Assembly (NCBI GenBank): GCA_951406725.2
Contig: OX597818.1
Span: 33,046,001-33,110,000 of the forward strand
Direction: 5' to 3'
Length of the DNA stretch: 64,000 nt
Origin: Octopus vulgaris
Lineage: Eukaryota
Numbering within the stretch: position 1 is the first letter of the stretch; every line of letters starts with the position of its first letter. Shown in pieces: positions 40,226 to 56,254 of this stretch. The position numbers were made by a program, and so were the translations under genes. The notes beneath the pieces are model-generated. The model saw nothing but the letters and a program-made list of their open reading frames with translations, was not told where the DNA came from and did no database searches.

Positions 40226-40737
40226 CGGAAATGAGGAAAGAGAAATATTTTTTAATCATACAGAAACATATATGCACATGCAAGCACGCTCACACACATA
40301 TATGCTTAAATATAAATGTGTTTCCATTCACATATGTATATGCATGCATACGTGAGTGTACGAATATGTGTGTGTGTTTGTGTAGGGGGTACAATGTTAT
40401 ATGCAAACTACAATTATGTTCCAGATTAATGTTTTCTCAAACGGTTTTTTTTTTGTTTTTAATTTGTTCGTATTTCCTTATAATAGCCATTCGGTTTGTT
40501 TGGAGCAATAAATTTCCTGGATTCATTTTTATCTTTGCTTTCTGAAAATCATCAGAGATATATAAAATGGCTTTAGCTTCTGTACACTCTGTGTGCTAGT
40601 GTTTGTATGTGTGCATGCGTGTGTGCGTATACACAGCTACATAAATAGAGACACAGACCGACAGACAGACAAACAGACAGATAGAAAGAAAGATAGATAG
40701 ATTTATAGATAGATAGACAGATAAAGAGATAGGTAGG

Positions 40738-40833
<96 letters not shown>

Positions 40834-42363
40834 ATTAGCAACTTATTTTCTACAATGATTTGACCATTTGAAGTCTACTTTTTCAGCCAGTTTCAGGTGT
40901 TAGAGGTATGTGCCATCAGTCATACGCTTATGATGTATCTTACAACTGCGTCTTTTGAGCTTTTCATTCATAATGTGTTTAACGCATCTCCGTATTATCG
41001 GTACTATATTGCACACGGATAACGTTTCTTTGATTCACATGTGTAGAAACACTGCCAAAAGTAATATAGCTGTCAATCCATAATTTGGTCAGACGGTTCT
41101 GCTTCTATCTATTGTTTTTTTTTATATGGCTTTGTCGATCAGAATTTGATTCATAAAGGTATATGAATTTTTGCATGAGTCTATTAGACAATTTAAAAGA
41201 GAAAGAATAAGATAGTGTGGTTTTTGAGGAGGATATAAGAATCAAGTTCAGCGGAACCATAAATGAAAGACAGTTGCTGTTTAATATAGTTTCTTAATTT
41301 CTTGGCGCCTTCGTTCTAATAAAGGGAAAATATTAAAGAATTTGGAATACAACGTAGCAAATAGGAAATGAATTAAGCATGGTTTAGACAGAAGCGGAAG
41401 GAAAGAAATATATACATTATGAACATGTGTGTGTGCGTACATGAGTGTCAATGTGCTTGTGTGTATGTTAGAGTGTGTGTGAAATGTAAGAAAAGAAAGA
41501 AAGAACAAAAAGAAAGTTAAATACGAAATAAACCACAAAAATAAAGAAAATGAGTATTCTTTCAAAAATGTATCGATCCATCATCATTATTTTCCAAGGA
41601 CACAACCATTTATTGATATGATATTAGCACACACCTTTACGAATCTTCGTAACCTATGTGCGATTATCTGTGACTTGCGTTTTCTTAAAGTCGTGCTTAT
41701 AATTAACGATATACTGTTATTAACTTTATAAAATAATAGCAAAGATCAAAGATATTTCCTTAATAGACATTATGAAACTGTGAAAATATTGACGAAAACA
41801 TGAAAAACAGGGGGGAAAAATCACTGTTTATTATGAATGCATATTGTTGAATAATTTCAAAGGAACAGCATTCTTGAGGTTGTAAATTTGTAAGTTATTC
41901 AAAAGATAGTCTTGTTTACATTACAATGTTGTTTATAGTTATTAAAATATCAGAACCTTATTTTTTACGATATAAGATCATGTGATATATCAGAGGAGCT
42001 GTTATTAACTGCACAAACATTGTAGGGGGTACAATGTATTAACTATTTCAAAGTAACATACTTGCAAGAGATAATCTGTAGTATTTAAATGTCATTCGTT
42101 TTCAAGAAATAATTATAAATTTAGTTTCTTTTGAATTATGGAAGAAATGTTTTCTCAATAAGAAAGGAAAAAATATTAAACTCATCAAATGTGAAGTGAC
42201 ATTATAAGAAAGACTAAACGGAAAAGCAACACAAAACTTTAGGAATATGTAACAATGACACTGAAGTCACACTTTAACAAAATTTGAGAATATTTAGGCA
42301 TTAGCCAAGACTGTACAGCAGTACTCATTTATGATTGGATATCGTCATACAAACGTATGCAGT

Positions 42364-42818
42364 GGAGGCGTAATGGCCCAGGGATTAGGGCAGCGGAATC
42401 GCGGTCGTAAGAACGCGGTTTCGATTCCCAGACCGGGCATTCTGAGTGTTTATTGAACAAAATCCCTCTGTAGTCTTTCACCACGACTTCCTCTCACTCT
42501 TTCTTCCAACTTCTGCCACAATACAGAGGAACCATGGTGTAACCCATTACGGTGTGGTAAACTTTCAGGCACTCGTCTAGATTGCCAAACCTCTGTACCC
42601 CAGGATGGATCAGTTCTCCACCAGTAAAAAGCCACCGTTTACGGAATGAGGATAACAACGTAGCTTTCACGCCCGTGCAACCGCCAGTCTATCGCGTGTG
42701 GTGAAAGGATCTTCAAGTTGCCATACGCATTCTTAGTGGCTTAGAGTAGATTCGAATTAGAGATTATTCTTTGTGGCTAATGGCGTGAGTCCTGATTGGA
42801 AGAAGAAGAAGAAGAAGA
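42364..42818 (+). mobile_element. tRNA-headed SINE family C with a (GAA)n tail
   Basis: Head ggaggcgtaatggcccagggattagggcagcgg...ggtttcgattccc; the 3' ~170 bp is shared with 8897-9057 in inverted orientation. Confidence 0.75.
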
Positions 42819-43535
42819 CAAACGTACGCAGGCTCACAAATACAGAAGCACAAACACACATATATTTAGATAGAGAGACATACCTACATTCACGATTATA
42901 AATAAACATATTCGCACACTCACACAAAAGCGCATACGCATGTATATTTCTATCTATTTATTTATCTATTTGCAAGGTAAAATTGAACTTGCTTCCCCCA
43001 TACACCACTAAGCATTAGCAGTGTTCAGTGATGTTCCTTCTCTGTTCCTAATTTGTATCAGAGGTCATAATCTATCGCTGTCTTTCAGCCTTTGAGAACG
43101 AGGTTTTGCCATTACGGACCCACTACGATTGGCTTGAAACGTTTTACAATGAACGCATGATTGTTCGTCACGAAGAAGTAACCACATGCTCTATCAAGCC
43201 CTGTCTGGTCAAATGCTGATGACAACATTGTACGAGTCTGTAGCATTTTTACGTTGAGCAAGTGATTGACTACCGGGGATAGAATAAAAAATAAAATGCA
43301 AATTAATCCAGGGCCTACAGCGGAAATATTCCGAAAAAAAATATTTGACTTTAATACATTTTTTATGCAACATGAAGCTTAAAACAACCAACAGAATTGC
43401 AAATATTCACACACATTCACGCGCGCGCACACACACACACACATGCACACATTCACATACTCACTATTTTATTCTTGAGAATCAATACTACTTACAGTTA
43501 TAACTATTTACTGTTATTCATTTTAATGTAGGCTT

Positions 43536-44119
43536 AAGGCGGCGAGCTGGCAGAAACGTTAGCACGCCGGGCGAAATGCTTAGCGGTATTTCGTCTGCCA
43601 TTACGTTCTGAGTTCAAATTCCGCCGAGATCGACTTTGCCTTTCATCCTTTCGGGGTCGATTAAATAAGTACCAGTTACGCACTGGAGTCGATATAATCG
43701 ACTTAAACCGTGTGTCTGTCCTTGTTTGTCTTCTCTGTGTTTAGCCCCTTGTGGGTAGTAAAGTAATAAGTATTTAGTCTGCCGCTACGTTCTGAGTTGA
43801 AATTCCGCTAGGGTCGACTTTGCCTTTCATCCTTTCGGGGTCGATTAAATTAAGTACCAGTTGCGCACTGGGGTCGATATAATCGGCTTAATTCGATTGT
43901 CTGTCCTTGTTTGTCCTCTCTGTGTTTAGCCCCTTGTGGGTAGTAAAGAAATAGGTATTTCGTTTGTCTTTACGTTCTGAGTTCAAATTCCGCCAAGGTC
44001 AGCTTTGCCTTTCATCCTTTCAAGATCGATAAATAAAGTACCAGCTGCTTACTGGGGTCGATCTAATCGACTGGCCCCAGCCACCCAAAATTTCTGGCCT
44101 TGTGCCTAGAGTAGAAAAG
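43536..44119 (+). mobile_element. SINE family B trimer (one head plus 3 tandem bodies) with a 16-bp TSD
   Basis: TSD attttaatgtaggctt at 43520-43535 and 44120-44135; the tacgttctgagtt...cctttcatccttt body occurs three times. Confidence 0.9.
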
Positions 44120-45167
44120 ATTTTAATGTAGGCTTTATATATGTGACGTTTTACGTCGTATCTGCGTTGATATCCGACATACCCGCAAGGCTACACATTA
44201 TCAGAAGAGACGAAAGTTTAAAAACAACTATATGTTGACTAAATCGTTTAGATAAGTTTGAACTTAGAACTTAAACGGGCATAACTATTTATCATAAAAC
44301 ATTATGTGGTTTGCTTAGGGCAATTCTACAAATCTACAGCACTCGTTCTTTGAAATTTCAAATCCCCTCCTTAAACAGTTGCCGCCCTCTAATCACAAAA
44401 AAGTATCAGCTAACAGCACTACACATAGATGTTGTAAGTTGCTGCACTTACATTTGAAGTTCACTGGTAATATTTATGATGCATTTTGATAAGGCTCTTT
44501 AAGGCGGTCTGATACATAATATAATGTAGCCGCGAGGATTTAATCAGTTACCTCATATAATAAATTTAAGAGATTGTACTAATTCAACCTTCATTCATTA
44601 CAACTAGAGAATTCTCATAGGCGACATGCAAATGTCAGATACATACCTCGCATACCCACATAACAACTCATATGTAATACACACACACATCTAGCTATCA
44701 GTTTGTATATGTGTGTGTGTCTGCGCGCGTGCGAGTGCGTATGCGTGTGTCCCCTGCAGTACCTACAACCCTAAATTCCTTGAGTGAGTTGTCGGGCGTT
44801 GTCGTGACATACGACTTGTTTTGTACGTTTTATTATTTTTTTTGACCTAGTGAAGCCCATTTCTTTCGAAATCTTACACCAGCTGGTTTATTCGAGAAAA
44901 CGTGACAGATAGACAGAAAGTGTGTAAGATAAGAATCGAATTCAATACAGGATTGTTAGGTAATTTATAGATCCTGAAATGACGAAAAGAAAAGTTGACA
45001 TCGGCGCGATTTGAACCCAGAGCACAGAACCCGAACATTTACCGCAAACAATCTATCCGACACTGATGACTTAGAGTAGAAGACCCGAACAATCACAGTA
45101 AAGAAACGGAGACGGAGGTAAAGCTACTGCATCGACCCCAGTTCTCAAATAATACCTATTTTATCGG

Positions 45168-45957
45168 AGGGCGGAGAGCTGGCAGAATCGTTAGCACGCC
45201 AGGTGAAATTCTTAGTGGTATTTCATCTGCCGCTACGTTCTGAGTTCAAATTCCGCCGAGGTCGACTTTGCCTTTCATCCTTTCGGGGTCGATTAAATAA
45301 GTACCAGTTACGTACTGGGGTCGATATAATCGACTTAATCCGTGTGTCCGTCTTTGTTTGTCCTCTGTGTTTAGCCCCATGTGGGTAGTAAAGAAATAGG
45401 TATTTCGTCTGCCGTTACGTTCTGAGTTCAAATTCCACTGAGGTCGACTTTGCCTTTCATCCTTTCGGGGTCGATTAAATAAGTACCAGTTACGCACTGG
45501 GGTCGATGTAATCGACTTAATCCGTTTGTCTGTCCTTGTTTGTCCCCTCTGTGTGTTTGCCCCTTGTGGGTAGTAAAGAAATAGGTAATTCGTCTGTCAC
45601 AACGTTCTGAGTTCAAATACCGCCGAGGTCGACTTTGCCTTTCATTCTTTCGGGGTCAATAAATTGAGTACCAGTTACGCACTGGGGTCGATATAATCAA
45701 CTTGATCCGCTTGTCTGTCCTTGTTTGTCATCTCTGTGTTTAGCCCCTTGTGGGTAGTAAGGAAATAGAAATAGGTATTTCATCTTCAACTACGTTCTGA
45801 GTTCAAATTTTACTGAGGTCGACATTGCCTTTCATCCTTTCGAGGTCGATTAAATAAATACCAGTTATGCATTGGGGTCGATGTAATCGACTCAATCCTG
45901 TTGTCTGTCCTTGTTTGTCCCCTCTATGTCTAGCTCCTTGTGGGCAATAAAGAAATA
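45168..45957 (+). mobile_element. SINE family B tetramer nested inside an antisense family B copy
   Basis: Four ~180-bp bodies flanked by aatac(c/t)tattttatc on both sides. The interrupted minus-strand copy continues at ~45960-46027. Confidence 0.85.
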
Positions 45958-46189
45958 AATACTTATTTTATCCACCTCGAAAGGATGAAAGGCAAAATTA
46001 ACCTCGTTGGAATTTGAACTCAGAAAGCAAAGAAACCACCGTTACAAACGCCACTGCCACCCCACCACCACCGACAGCAAAACAAACATTAACAACGCTA
46101 CGTTGCATTAGTACTAGCTCTGACACTACCACAATATTAGTCTTCACTAGTACCACTGCAGACACTACGGTCTCTCCTTCTAGCAACAT

Positions 46190-47100
46190 CTTCACCATTG
46201 CAAGCATCGCAATCTCTCTTCGCCTTCACATCCACCATCGATGCCACCACTGCTACTACTACCACAACTACTACCACGACAACAACTACTATACTAACTT
46301 GTCCAAATATAAGCTTCGAATCGCTTCCACAGACCCGTTCCTCACACGACTCCACCACCGTAACAGTAATCCTCACAAGCCATATACTAAATATTACTTC
46401 TCCCACCACTACTAGCTCTGAAAGCACTACGAAACAGGAATGTTACTACAAGACTTGCTACTACTAGTACTACTACTACTACTACTACAACTGCCACCAC
46501 CACCACCACCACCACTACTACTACTAATCCCCTTCCTCCTCCTTCCCCTCCTCCTTTCCCTCCTCTTCCTCCTATTACTACAACTACTACCATCGCCTTC
46601 AACGATACCACCACCACTATCACCACTACTACTACTACCACCACCACCACATCACCTCCCCACCAACTACTGCCAGCACCACTATCGCCACTACTAGTAC
46701 TACAACTACTACCACAGCTTTTGCTGCCCCTACTATTACCACTACTACAGCTTCCGCTATTACTGCTACCAATACTCCCATTCCTCCTCCTCTTTTTCCT
46801 TCTCTTCCTCTTTCTCCTCCTCCTCCTCCTACTACTACTACTGCTACAAATTACTATGACTACAGCCATCACCATCGCCTTCACATCCACCATCGATACC
46901 CCACCACTACTATCACCACTACTACTACTACTACCACTACTATAACCACCACCATTACTACTACTACTACAACTACTACCACAGCTTCTGCTGCCCCTAC
47001 TGTTACCACTAATACAGCTGCAGCTATTACTGCTACCAATACACCCCTTGCTCCTCCTCTTTTTCCTTCTCTTCCTCTTTCACCTCCTCCTCCTCCTCCA

Positions 47101-47131
<31 letters not shown>

Positions 47132-47229
47132 TTCTTACTGCTACAAATTACTATGACTACATCCATCATCATCGCCTTCACATCCACCATCGATATCATC
47201 ACTACTATAACCACAACCACCACAATTAC

Positions 47230-47262
<33 letters not shown>

Positions 47263-47270
47263 TACTACTC
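46190..47270 (+). repeat. Low-complexity (ACT/ACC/CCT)n block with degenerate ~290-bp internal tandem duplication
   Basis: The motifs tcgccttcacatccaccatcgat and ctgctacaaattactatgactac recur. Confidence 0.8.
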
Positions 47271-48143
47271 GCGTCACAATTGCCCCATATCACAACAGCT
47301 ACCATCACTATTATGAGCAAAATCAACAACGGCAACAACAACAAAAAAAACATGACGTAAGATTAAAACAAACAGCGAAAAAGAACAATGAAACAAGAGA
47401 TTGGAAGCCATATCGAAACCATCTGGTTCCACTGTATGTGGTACGCCATTACTATAAACCTTCCTATTAGAAAATAACTGCCAGGGGTACAGGGGGGGAT
47501 CAAATGACATAACTAGCTAGACACCTACAGACAGTGGAAGCGTGAGAGAAAGAGAGAAGAGGAAAAGAGGACAGGAAGAGAGAGAGAGAAAAAGAGAAGA
47601 GGAAAAGATGACAGGAAGAGTGAGAGAGAGGGTGAGAGAGGGAGAGCGAGAGAGAGAGAGGGAGCGAGAGAGAGAGAGAGGGGAGCGAGAGAGAGAGAGA
47701 GAGGGAGCGAGAGAGAGAGGGGGAGAGAAAGAGAGAGAGAGAGTGTGTGTGTGTGAGAGAGATAGAGAGACAGGAAGAAAAAAATAAGAAAGAGTGGAAT
47801 TTAGGAAGAGGAAGAAATGTAGAAAAGGTAAGGGAAAAAATGCAAAGGGGAAGACTGTGAAATGCATGAGAGAGAGAGAGAGAGAGGAAGAGGAAAACGA
47901 AAGTGTTGGAAGTTAGACAGAAGAAAGACGAAGAAAGAAAGGGAAGAGCGAATGCTTGACCTGCTTTGTATTGTTCGTTTCATTGACTTATATATACAGA
48001 CATACACAGACATATACAAACACGCCCACACCTACACACACACAGGCGCAAACGTAAATACATACATATGTACACACGAGTACATAGATACAAACGAGCT
48101 ACGAACATGCATTTGTGTGTGTGTGTGTGTATATATGTATATG

Positions 48144-48190
<47 letters not shown>

Positions 48191-48326
48191 TTGTATGTAT
48201 ATACATATATATATATATATATCCATATATAGATAGATAGATAGACAGATAGATAGATAAATAGATAACATATATATATAGATAGATACATAATATATAT
48301 GTATATATATATATAAGTATATATAC

Positions 48327-48373
<47 letters not shown>

Positions 48374-48520
48374 CATATATATATGTATATATATACTTAT
48401 ACATATATGCATATGTGTCTATGTATGCGTTAACTTGTGCCTATGCTTATATATGTGTATGGGTATGTAGTCAGCACACACACATATGTATATAATTATA
48501 TATATATGTGTGTGTGGATG

Positions 48521-48612
<92 letters not shown>

Positions 48613-50044
48613 TATATACATACATGCACGTATTGTCATAATGGAAACTGTTTTATTTTGCTTTCCATTTCTAGAGAGGCCGAAAAAGAAACAATAAAAA
48701 TTCGGTAAACATAAGAACTGTATTTTCGATTGTTTAACAATATCTGTTATTTCTACAGTCAGTAAAGAACAGAAAAATATAAGGAATAAAAATTAAAATA
48801 AATAAGTATCAAGGCAAACTATAGGAAAAAAAGAACGTAATGAAATAGGGGAAAAAAAGTTCGAGGTATCTTTTAAGAATCCCAGCATAAACTTCTTCCG
48901 TCTCCCTTTTATTTTTTTGTCACCCTTTCTTGTTATTTCTTTATTGCTGTGGTTCCTGTTTTATTTATATATTTATTCATTCATTTACTTTTTACCATTT
49001 CATTATTTAGCTTGTTCCGGTAATTGAGTTAAGCTATTTTGCAGATAATAAAGTTGTTGGCTAGTTTTCCACTTGCAGTTACGAATTCTTCTTTTTTTCT
49101 TTTTTTCAATTTTTTTTTTTTTTTTGGTTTTTGTTATTTTATATGTACGACTTGAAAGTTTTTTCTCAGTCTTAATATAAACCGTAAGATTACCACGATG
49201 TTGCTACCACATTTCGTCTTGACGGAACCCATTTATTTCTGTATATACTGGAGGCTTGAACGGCTACAAATCTTCGACACCAGACGAGATTTGAGAAGGA
49301 GGATTGCTCTGAGCTAAAGAATTCTAGGATGCATGTAGCCGGAATGCCTTTGATCGTAGGCCGTCTTGAGTGCAATTGGGTTGGTGTTAAGTAACTTATA
49401 GCTTTTTTCTACCTACACCAGAGCCCATAAGAGTGCACCTGATATACAATTAATAGAAGCCAAACATTTCCTAAACAATACGTATTTCTTCTTGTTCTCC
49501 CGCGCCACAAAAAAAAAGGTGTCACAACACAGACAATAAGTCTTAAGGAAATCCTCTGTATTTAACATCTGCGATAATAGTTCTGCTCAGTTTAAGCTGA
49601 CCAGGAGCTAAGTAGCAATAAATAGCCAGTCTTAAGATAACAAAAATAATAATATTAATATTAATTTCGTTCCATACACAAGTCCGTTAATTGCAAGGCA
49701 TGTATTTTCATTGGTCATTTTAGTATAGGTACTTAATAAAGACAGACAAACTGATAGATAGATAAATAGATTGATAGATAGACAGAAATATATATATATC
49801 GTTTTTGGATTTGGTTTGCAAGATTTTTTGTATGAGTTCGTGTGTTGAAGCATATTCTGTTGTGTCTGGGGAGAGTCATTTTCTTTTTGTGCTTTCTAAT
49901 TCAACACACTCACCGGTAAAATTTTCCACTTATTTCCTATTTTTATTTTTCTAAAATTTTCGTTGCGTCTTGCAACCTTTTCAACAGTCTATATAGACAG
50001 ACAGACAGACAGACAGACAGATAGTTAGATAAATAGATAGATAA

Positions 50045-50123
<79 letters not shown>

Positions 50124-51052
50124 TGTATGCACATAGGATAGCATTCTGACATTCTTGATCACACAACGGACATCTCGAAGGCATCATAATTGAGTGAATT
50201 ACAGAAATTACCATGATAATTTTTGTACACTAATTATAGTCGAAGCATATAGGCTATTTTCAGACGCTAGTACATTTACGTTCTTGCGTCATTATGGTCT
50301 TTATTTTCTAAATGCCGAGACAGGTGAGGAGAACTTGCTTGCCAACACTCTCTTTGTATTCTCCAATGAAAATACTATAAAGATATAGTGATCATCAAAA
50401 ATTTTCACCAGGGTTCTTTTGTGTCTGGTAACACAAAACAGGGAGGACATCGATGGAATTTATTGTGTCGTAAATGAATAGAGGGTAAAAGACAGCTTAT
50501 TCATGTATGAATTAGAACCAAGACGTGCCCTACTTTTATAGCTGTTCATTAATGGTTTAAAGGAAAAATGCTGGAATGCGAAATGTTATTTCTACATCTA
50601 CGGTGATTTTCAAAGAGTAACAAAGCAATTAAATCCCTTTCGTTGTCGACGTTAGTGTCGCTCTTTACTCCTAGGTCAGTTTCTTTATTAACCATGGGGC
50701 TGAGAAAAAGAGGGGACGATACGAGGACAGACAAAACAAACATTGGGGTCAGGGTATCGAATGAGACGAAACGTATGAATAAACAAACGATTAAAATACA
50801 TACAATTAAATGAGAATGAGTGATTTACAAAAGTGAAGCGGAGGACGCGGTCGATCCCACAAACCACATACGTTGAAATCGGTCCGATATGGTAATAATG
50901 GAATTTTTTAGAAATTTCTGTCGGCTTTTTTTCGAGTAGCGTGCGTATTGTGAAAATTTATATGATTATGGACAACTATGTCCAATTTTCGGCATATTTG
51001 GCATTAGAAATTTTTTCTTTTGTCCTTATTTATAAGTTGTATGTATATATAT

Positions 51053-51450
51053 GAGTGGCTGTGTGGTAAGTAGCTTGCTTCCCAACCACATGGTTCCGGT
51101 TTCAGTCTCACTGCGTGGTACCTTGGATAAGTTTCTTCTACTATAGCCTCGGGCCGGCCAAAGCTTTGTGAGTGGATTTGGTAGACGCAAACTGAAAGAA
51201 GCCTGTCGTATATATGTATATAAATATATGTATGAGTGTGTATATGTCTGTGTGTGTCCCCCAAACATCACTTGACAACTGATGCTGGTGTATTTACGTT
51301 ACCCGTAACCTAGCGGTTCGGCAAAAAGAGACCAATAGAATAAATACTAGGCTTACAAAGAATAATTCTTGTGGTCGATTTGCTCGACTAAAGGCGGTGC
51401 TCCAGCACGGCCGCAGTCAAATGACTGAAACAAGCAAAAGAGTAAAAAGA
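51053..51450 (+). mobile_element. SINE family A, near full length
   Basis: gagtggctgtgtggtaagtagcttgc...atgactgaaacaagcaaaagagtaaaa. Confidence 0.9.
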
Positions 51451-52191
51451 GAGACATATCAATGTATGTATCTAAATATATGTAAATCCCTCACCATGTT
51501 AGTTCCGTGCCTTTTATTTTCTCTCACTTAAATTCGTTCAGTCTTACATCAAACTTATCTACACCCTTTAAATTTTATGGCTATGCAGAATGTTACGTTA
51601 CCAAATATTGTTAACCAATTCATAGCTCTAAAGTATGTGTAAGCGTATGTGTGTGTGTCTGTCTGCGTGCGCGTGTGAAGGTTTCTAACTATATTTCGTG
51701 ATTATTAGCTAAACTATGAAATAGTATTCCTTCCTCTCTACTTATCCACGCTTCAGTAATCCTGAACAGCCATAGTCGTTGCTATCAAAAACACGTAAAT
51801 TCACTCGAGTTCACATTTATATCCATATAAGCATCTACACACATACACACTTAACACACATATGTATGCATGTATGTATTTATAAAAACGCACGCGCGCG
51901 CGCGCGCGTGTGTGTGTGTTTGCATATATCTTTATATCTATGTTTCTATCAATATATATATGTATACACATATATTTATATTTAAAAGGTAACGAGGAAA
52001 AAACTTACAGGTGAGGGCATATAAACCGAAACTTCGAAGTTACAATTAACTATATCCTTTATACTTATATAAATATGTTAGTGTGCTCAACGGAGGATTT
52101 CTTCGTACTATGTTTAAAATTTTTTATACATAACTTTAAATCTAAGCATTAACATATTCGCCTATGTGTACACACAGATCCCTCTCTCTCT

Positions 52192-52237
<46 letters not shown>

Positions 52238-52242
<5 letters not shown>

Positions 52243-52493
52243 TACTAAATACACTCACAACGCTTTGGTCTGCTCGAAGCTATTAGGAGAAGACATTTGC
52301 GCAAGATGCAATGCAGTGGGACTCAACCTGGAATTATGTGGTTGAGAATAAAGTTTCTTACTACACAGCTACGCTGTGCCTTAAAAATTCGTGAAGATTG
52401 TGGCTTTAGTAGAAGACATTTGCCCAATGTGCCACACAGTGAGATTGAACCTTGAGCCATATGGTTGGGGAATTAAACTTCTTACCACACAGT
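52238..52493 (-). mobile_element. Two degenerate SINE family A 5' fragments
   Basis: Two partial matches to gaagacacttgcccaaggtgccacgcagtgggactgaacc...cttaccacacagcc. Confidence 0.7.
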
Positions 52494-52507
52494 CATATAC
52501 TTATATA

Positions 52508-52547
<40 letters not shown>

Positions 52548-52713
52548 ATAAAATATATGTATATATAAACATGTATGTACGTACCTACCTCTACATCATA
52601 TATATATGTGTACAGGACACCAAAAGGACGTCGAACACATAGAGAGACGAAAACATAGACACAAACCAAGGAACAAGACAAGCAAAAAGGAGATACAGGA
52701 CAATAAGCACAAC

Positions 52714-52798
52714 GAAAAATCCCCTTCTTCAGTCGCTAAAGTTTCATCTACTAAACGTTTCGATAAAGCGAGACGTATACTTCGATAAAAATTCCTTC
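52714..52798 (-). ncRNA. Second copy of the permuted hammerhead candidate
   Basis: Minus strand reads tc-GAAG-tatac-GTC-tcgct...agcga-CTGAAGA-agggg. Same register as 38008-38102 with a different stem I sequence. Confidence 0.45.
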
Positions 52799-53323
52799 CG
52801 AGACAACAAATCAATTAAAATTCTGAGATCTTGTCGCGGAGGTAAAAAAGGCAAGACGGTACGACAGTACAAACATATAAACAGTAAAAAATATATATAT
52901 AAACAGTGGAAAAATAAATATATAACAGTGAGAGACAGGACAAGGAGAACAAGATAAGAAGGGCTGTTAACGCCAGACGAAAAAGTATTGCAAACGCTGG
53001 ATTATAGTGGACGACGAGAGAGGAAGATGTCGACCAGTGGCCTTAGAAGGCAGGTGAGGAAAGACAGGAAAGCAGTTACGACGGAAGTACGTCGCAGATG
53101 GACGACGGAATGGGGAGGAGGAGCAGAGGAAGAGAGAAGAAGGGGAATAGGAGACCATGAAGAACAGTGAGGGGAGGAGAGGAAGAGACAAGTTAAGTGA
53201 GGAAAAAGGACGAAAAGGGAATGGGAGAGAAAGAAAGAAAGAAAGAGCAGAGTCGCGTGAGAGTTAATATCAAGGCGAACTTGATAAACAGAACAATCTT
53301 ACTTAATAGGTGCTCGTTTAGTC

Positions 53324-53406
<83 letters not shown>

Positions 53407-53477
53407 CAAAATGGTAAGACAACAAAAGAATGAAAGAGACCTCGATATTATATAAATAGAGGAATTTATCTGTAAAT

Positions 53478-53544
53478 ATATGTGACAACTATTCGGTAGC
53501 CAAACTTGGAATTTTATTATGGCTACCGAATAATTGTCACATAT
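53478..53544. repeat. Hairpin with 25-bp arms inside a TA-flanked insert
   Basis: atatgtgacaactattcggtagcca / tggctaccgaataattgtcacatat. Confidence 0.9.
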
Positions 53545-53555
53545 TATAATTACGG

Positions 53556-53595
<40 letters not shown>

Positions 53596-53769
53596 ACCGG
53601 AATACCGGATAAGCCACCCATACCTGGATACAACTCACTAAACAAGAACTCACTACTTGAATGGACCATAAACAAATTTGACTTAAACAGGATTTAGATA
53701 ATCCTGTAATATTGTGCTATTAGACATAGCCTGGACCAATCTTTGCTCGAAACATATCTAAGTTTATGT

Positions 53770-53811
<42 letters not shown>

Positions 53812-54374
53812 CGATGAGAACGAGAGATACATACGTGCCTATAAATACAAATATATAGTGAGGGAGAGCGACAGAGAGAAAGAGAGGGATTTACACAGAT
53901 GCATACTTGTAAACACTACCCCTGTGTATTTTAGTTTCCTGACGTTAAAATTTTCCTCATGGGAGCACACCGGAAATATTATCACTACCTTGGCAAATAA
54001 AGCACTTTCGTGTTCTCTTCGTTTACCTTCATCGTTTCAATAGTTTTATATGCAACACCACGCGGTTAAAAGATAGGCGTAACTCTCTATGTTTGGTGCA
54101 TGTTTCTTTCAACGTTAGCCAAAAACAAAAACAAAACAACATATTCTTAGGTTGTTCGGTGTCCCGGTAGATCTACTTTAATTTAATTCTAGACATTAAT
54201 TGATGAGTGTAGGGAAAATTCATTCTTTCCATTTATGTACTTAGAGGTTGACATTCATCGCAGTCCCTTGCTAATCTGTAAGTAGTTATAGAATACTCCC
54301 TGCGAATAATTTTCTTGATTAGACGAATTAAGATATTTGTGACTTCCATTTGTGTCTAGTTAATACACATACCC

Positions 54375-55190
<816 letters not shown>

Positions 55191-55867
55191 TACTAGCAAG
55201 ATATGTCAGGCGAATCGTTCTGCTTCATACTCTAAAAAAGGGCATGTTGGTTTACCAGTCTTGCATAAAATATGCCTGAACAGAAGGCAAGGCCCTAGCG
55301 AGAATCCCTTTCATCGTATCGGTTTGACTTATACGGTTTGAGCTGTAGGTAAACAACAACAATAAACACTGATGCTAATACACATATAACATCACGATCA
55401 CCACCACTAGCACGACTATTATTATTACTACTCGCCTACGTAAGGACTGAGAGTAGCTGCATCTGCTGAATATAGCACCCAACTTCCCTCAGGTACAGCC
55501 ATCTGTCACTTGCGAATCAATATGATTTCACCTGTATCATGCTTTCAGCAATTTTGTTTTCGGTGCTTATATAGATAAGAAGTTATAGATATAATTTAGA
55601 CTCCTTTAATCTCTACCCAGCAGAATACTTGAATTGTAACAACTAGGGAGCGCGAAAAGGGCTACATCAGTCCCTGGCAAGTAGACATTACAGTTGATTA
55701 AACTGAAGCAACGCGGAATGAAGACCCTTGCTCGAAGACATAAAATGCATCCTGGTCGAGAAAACGAACCCAAGATTTTGTGATCATTTACAGTAGCCAG
55801 TAGACCAGAAATGCAAAAGACTGTGTGTCTGAATAATAACAATAATAATAATTATTATTATCATGGT

Positions 55868-56254
55868 TTTAGCGCGCTGGACGAAATGTTAGCGGTATTT
55901 CGTCTGCCGTTACGTTCTAAGTTCAAATGCCGCCGAGGTCGACTTCGCCTTTCATCCTTTGGGGGGGGGGCGATAAATTAAGTACCAGTTACGCACTGGG
56001 GTCGATATAATCGACTTAATCCGTGTGCCTGTCCTTGTTTGTCCTCTCTGTATTTAGCCCCTTTGTGGGTAGTAAAGAAATAGAAATAGGTATTTCGCCC
56101 GTCGCTACGTTCTGAGTTCAAATTCCGCCGAGGTCGACTTTGCCTTTCATTCTTTCGAGGTCGATAAATTAAGTATCAGTGAAACACTGGAGTCGATATA
56201 ATCGACTCGTCTCCAATCCACAAATTTGAAGCTTTGTACCTCCAGTAGAAAGGA
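55868..56254 (+). mobile_element. SINE family B dimer with TSD
   Basis: Two bodies; attattattatcatggt is duplicated on both sides. Confidence 0.85.

Noticed and set aside
42364-42440. tRNA gene
   Set aside because: The tRNA-like head continues into a SINE body with a (GAA)n tail, and the cloverleaf is broken.
46014-46467. Thr-rich, mucin-like ORFs
   Set aside because: They arise from degenerate (ACT/ACC)n repeats; there is no consistent frame or supported splice structure.
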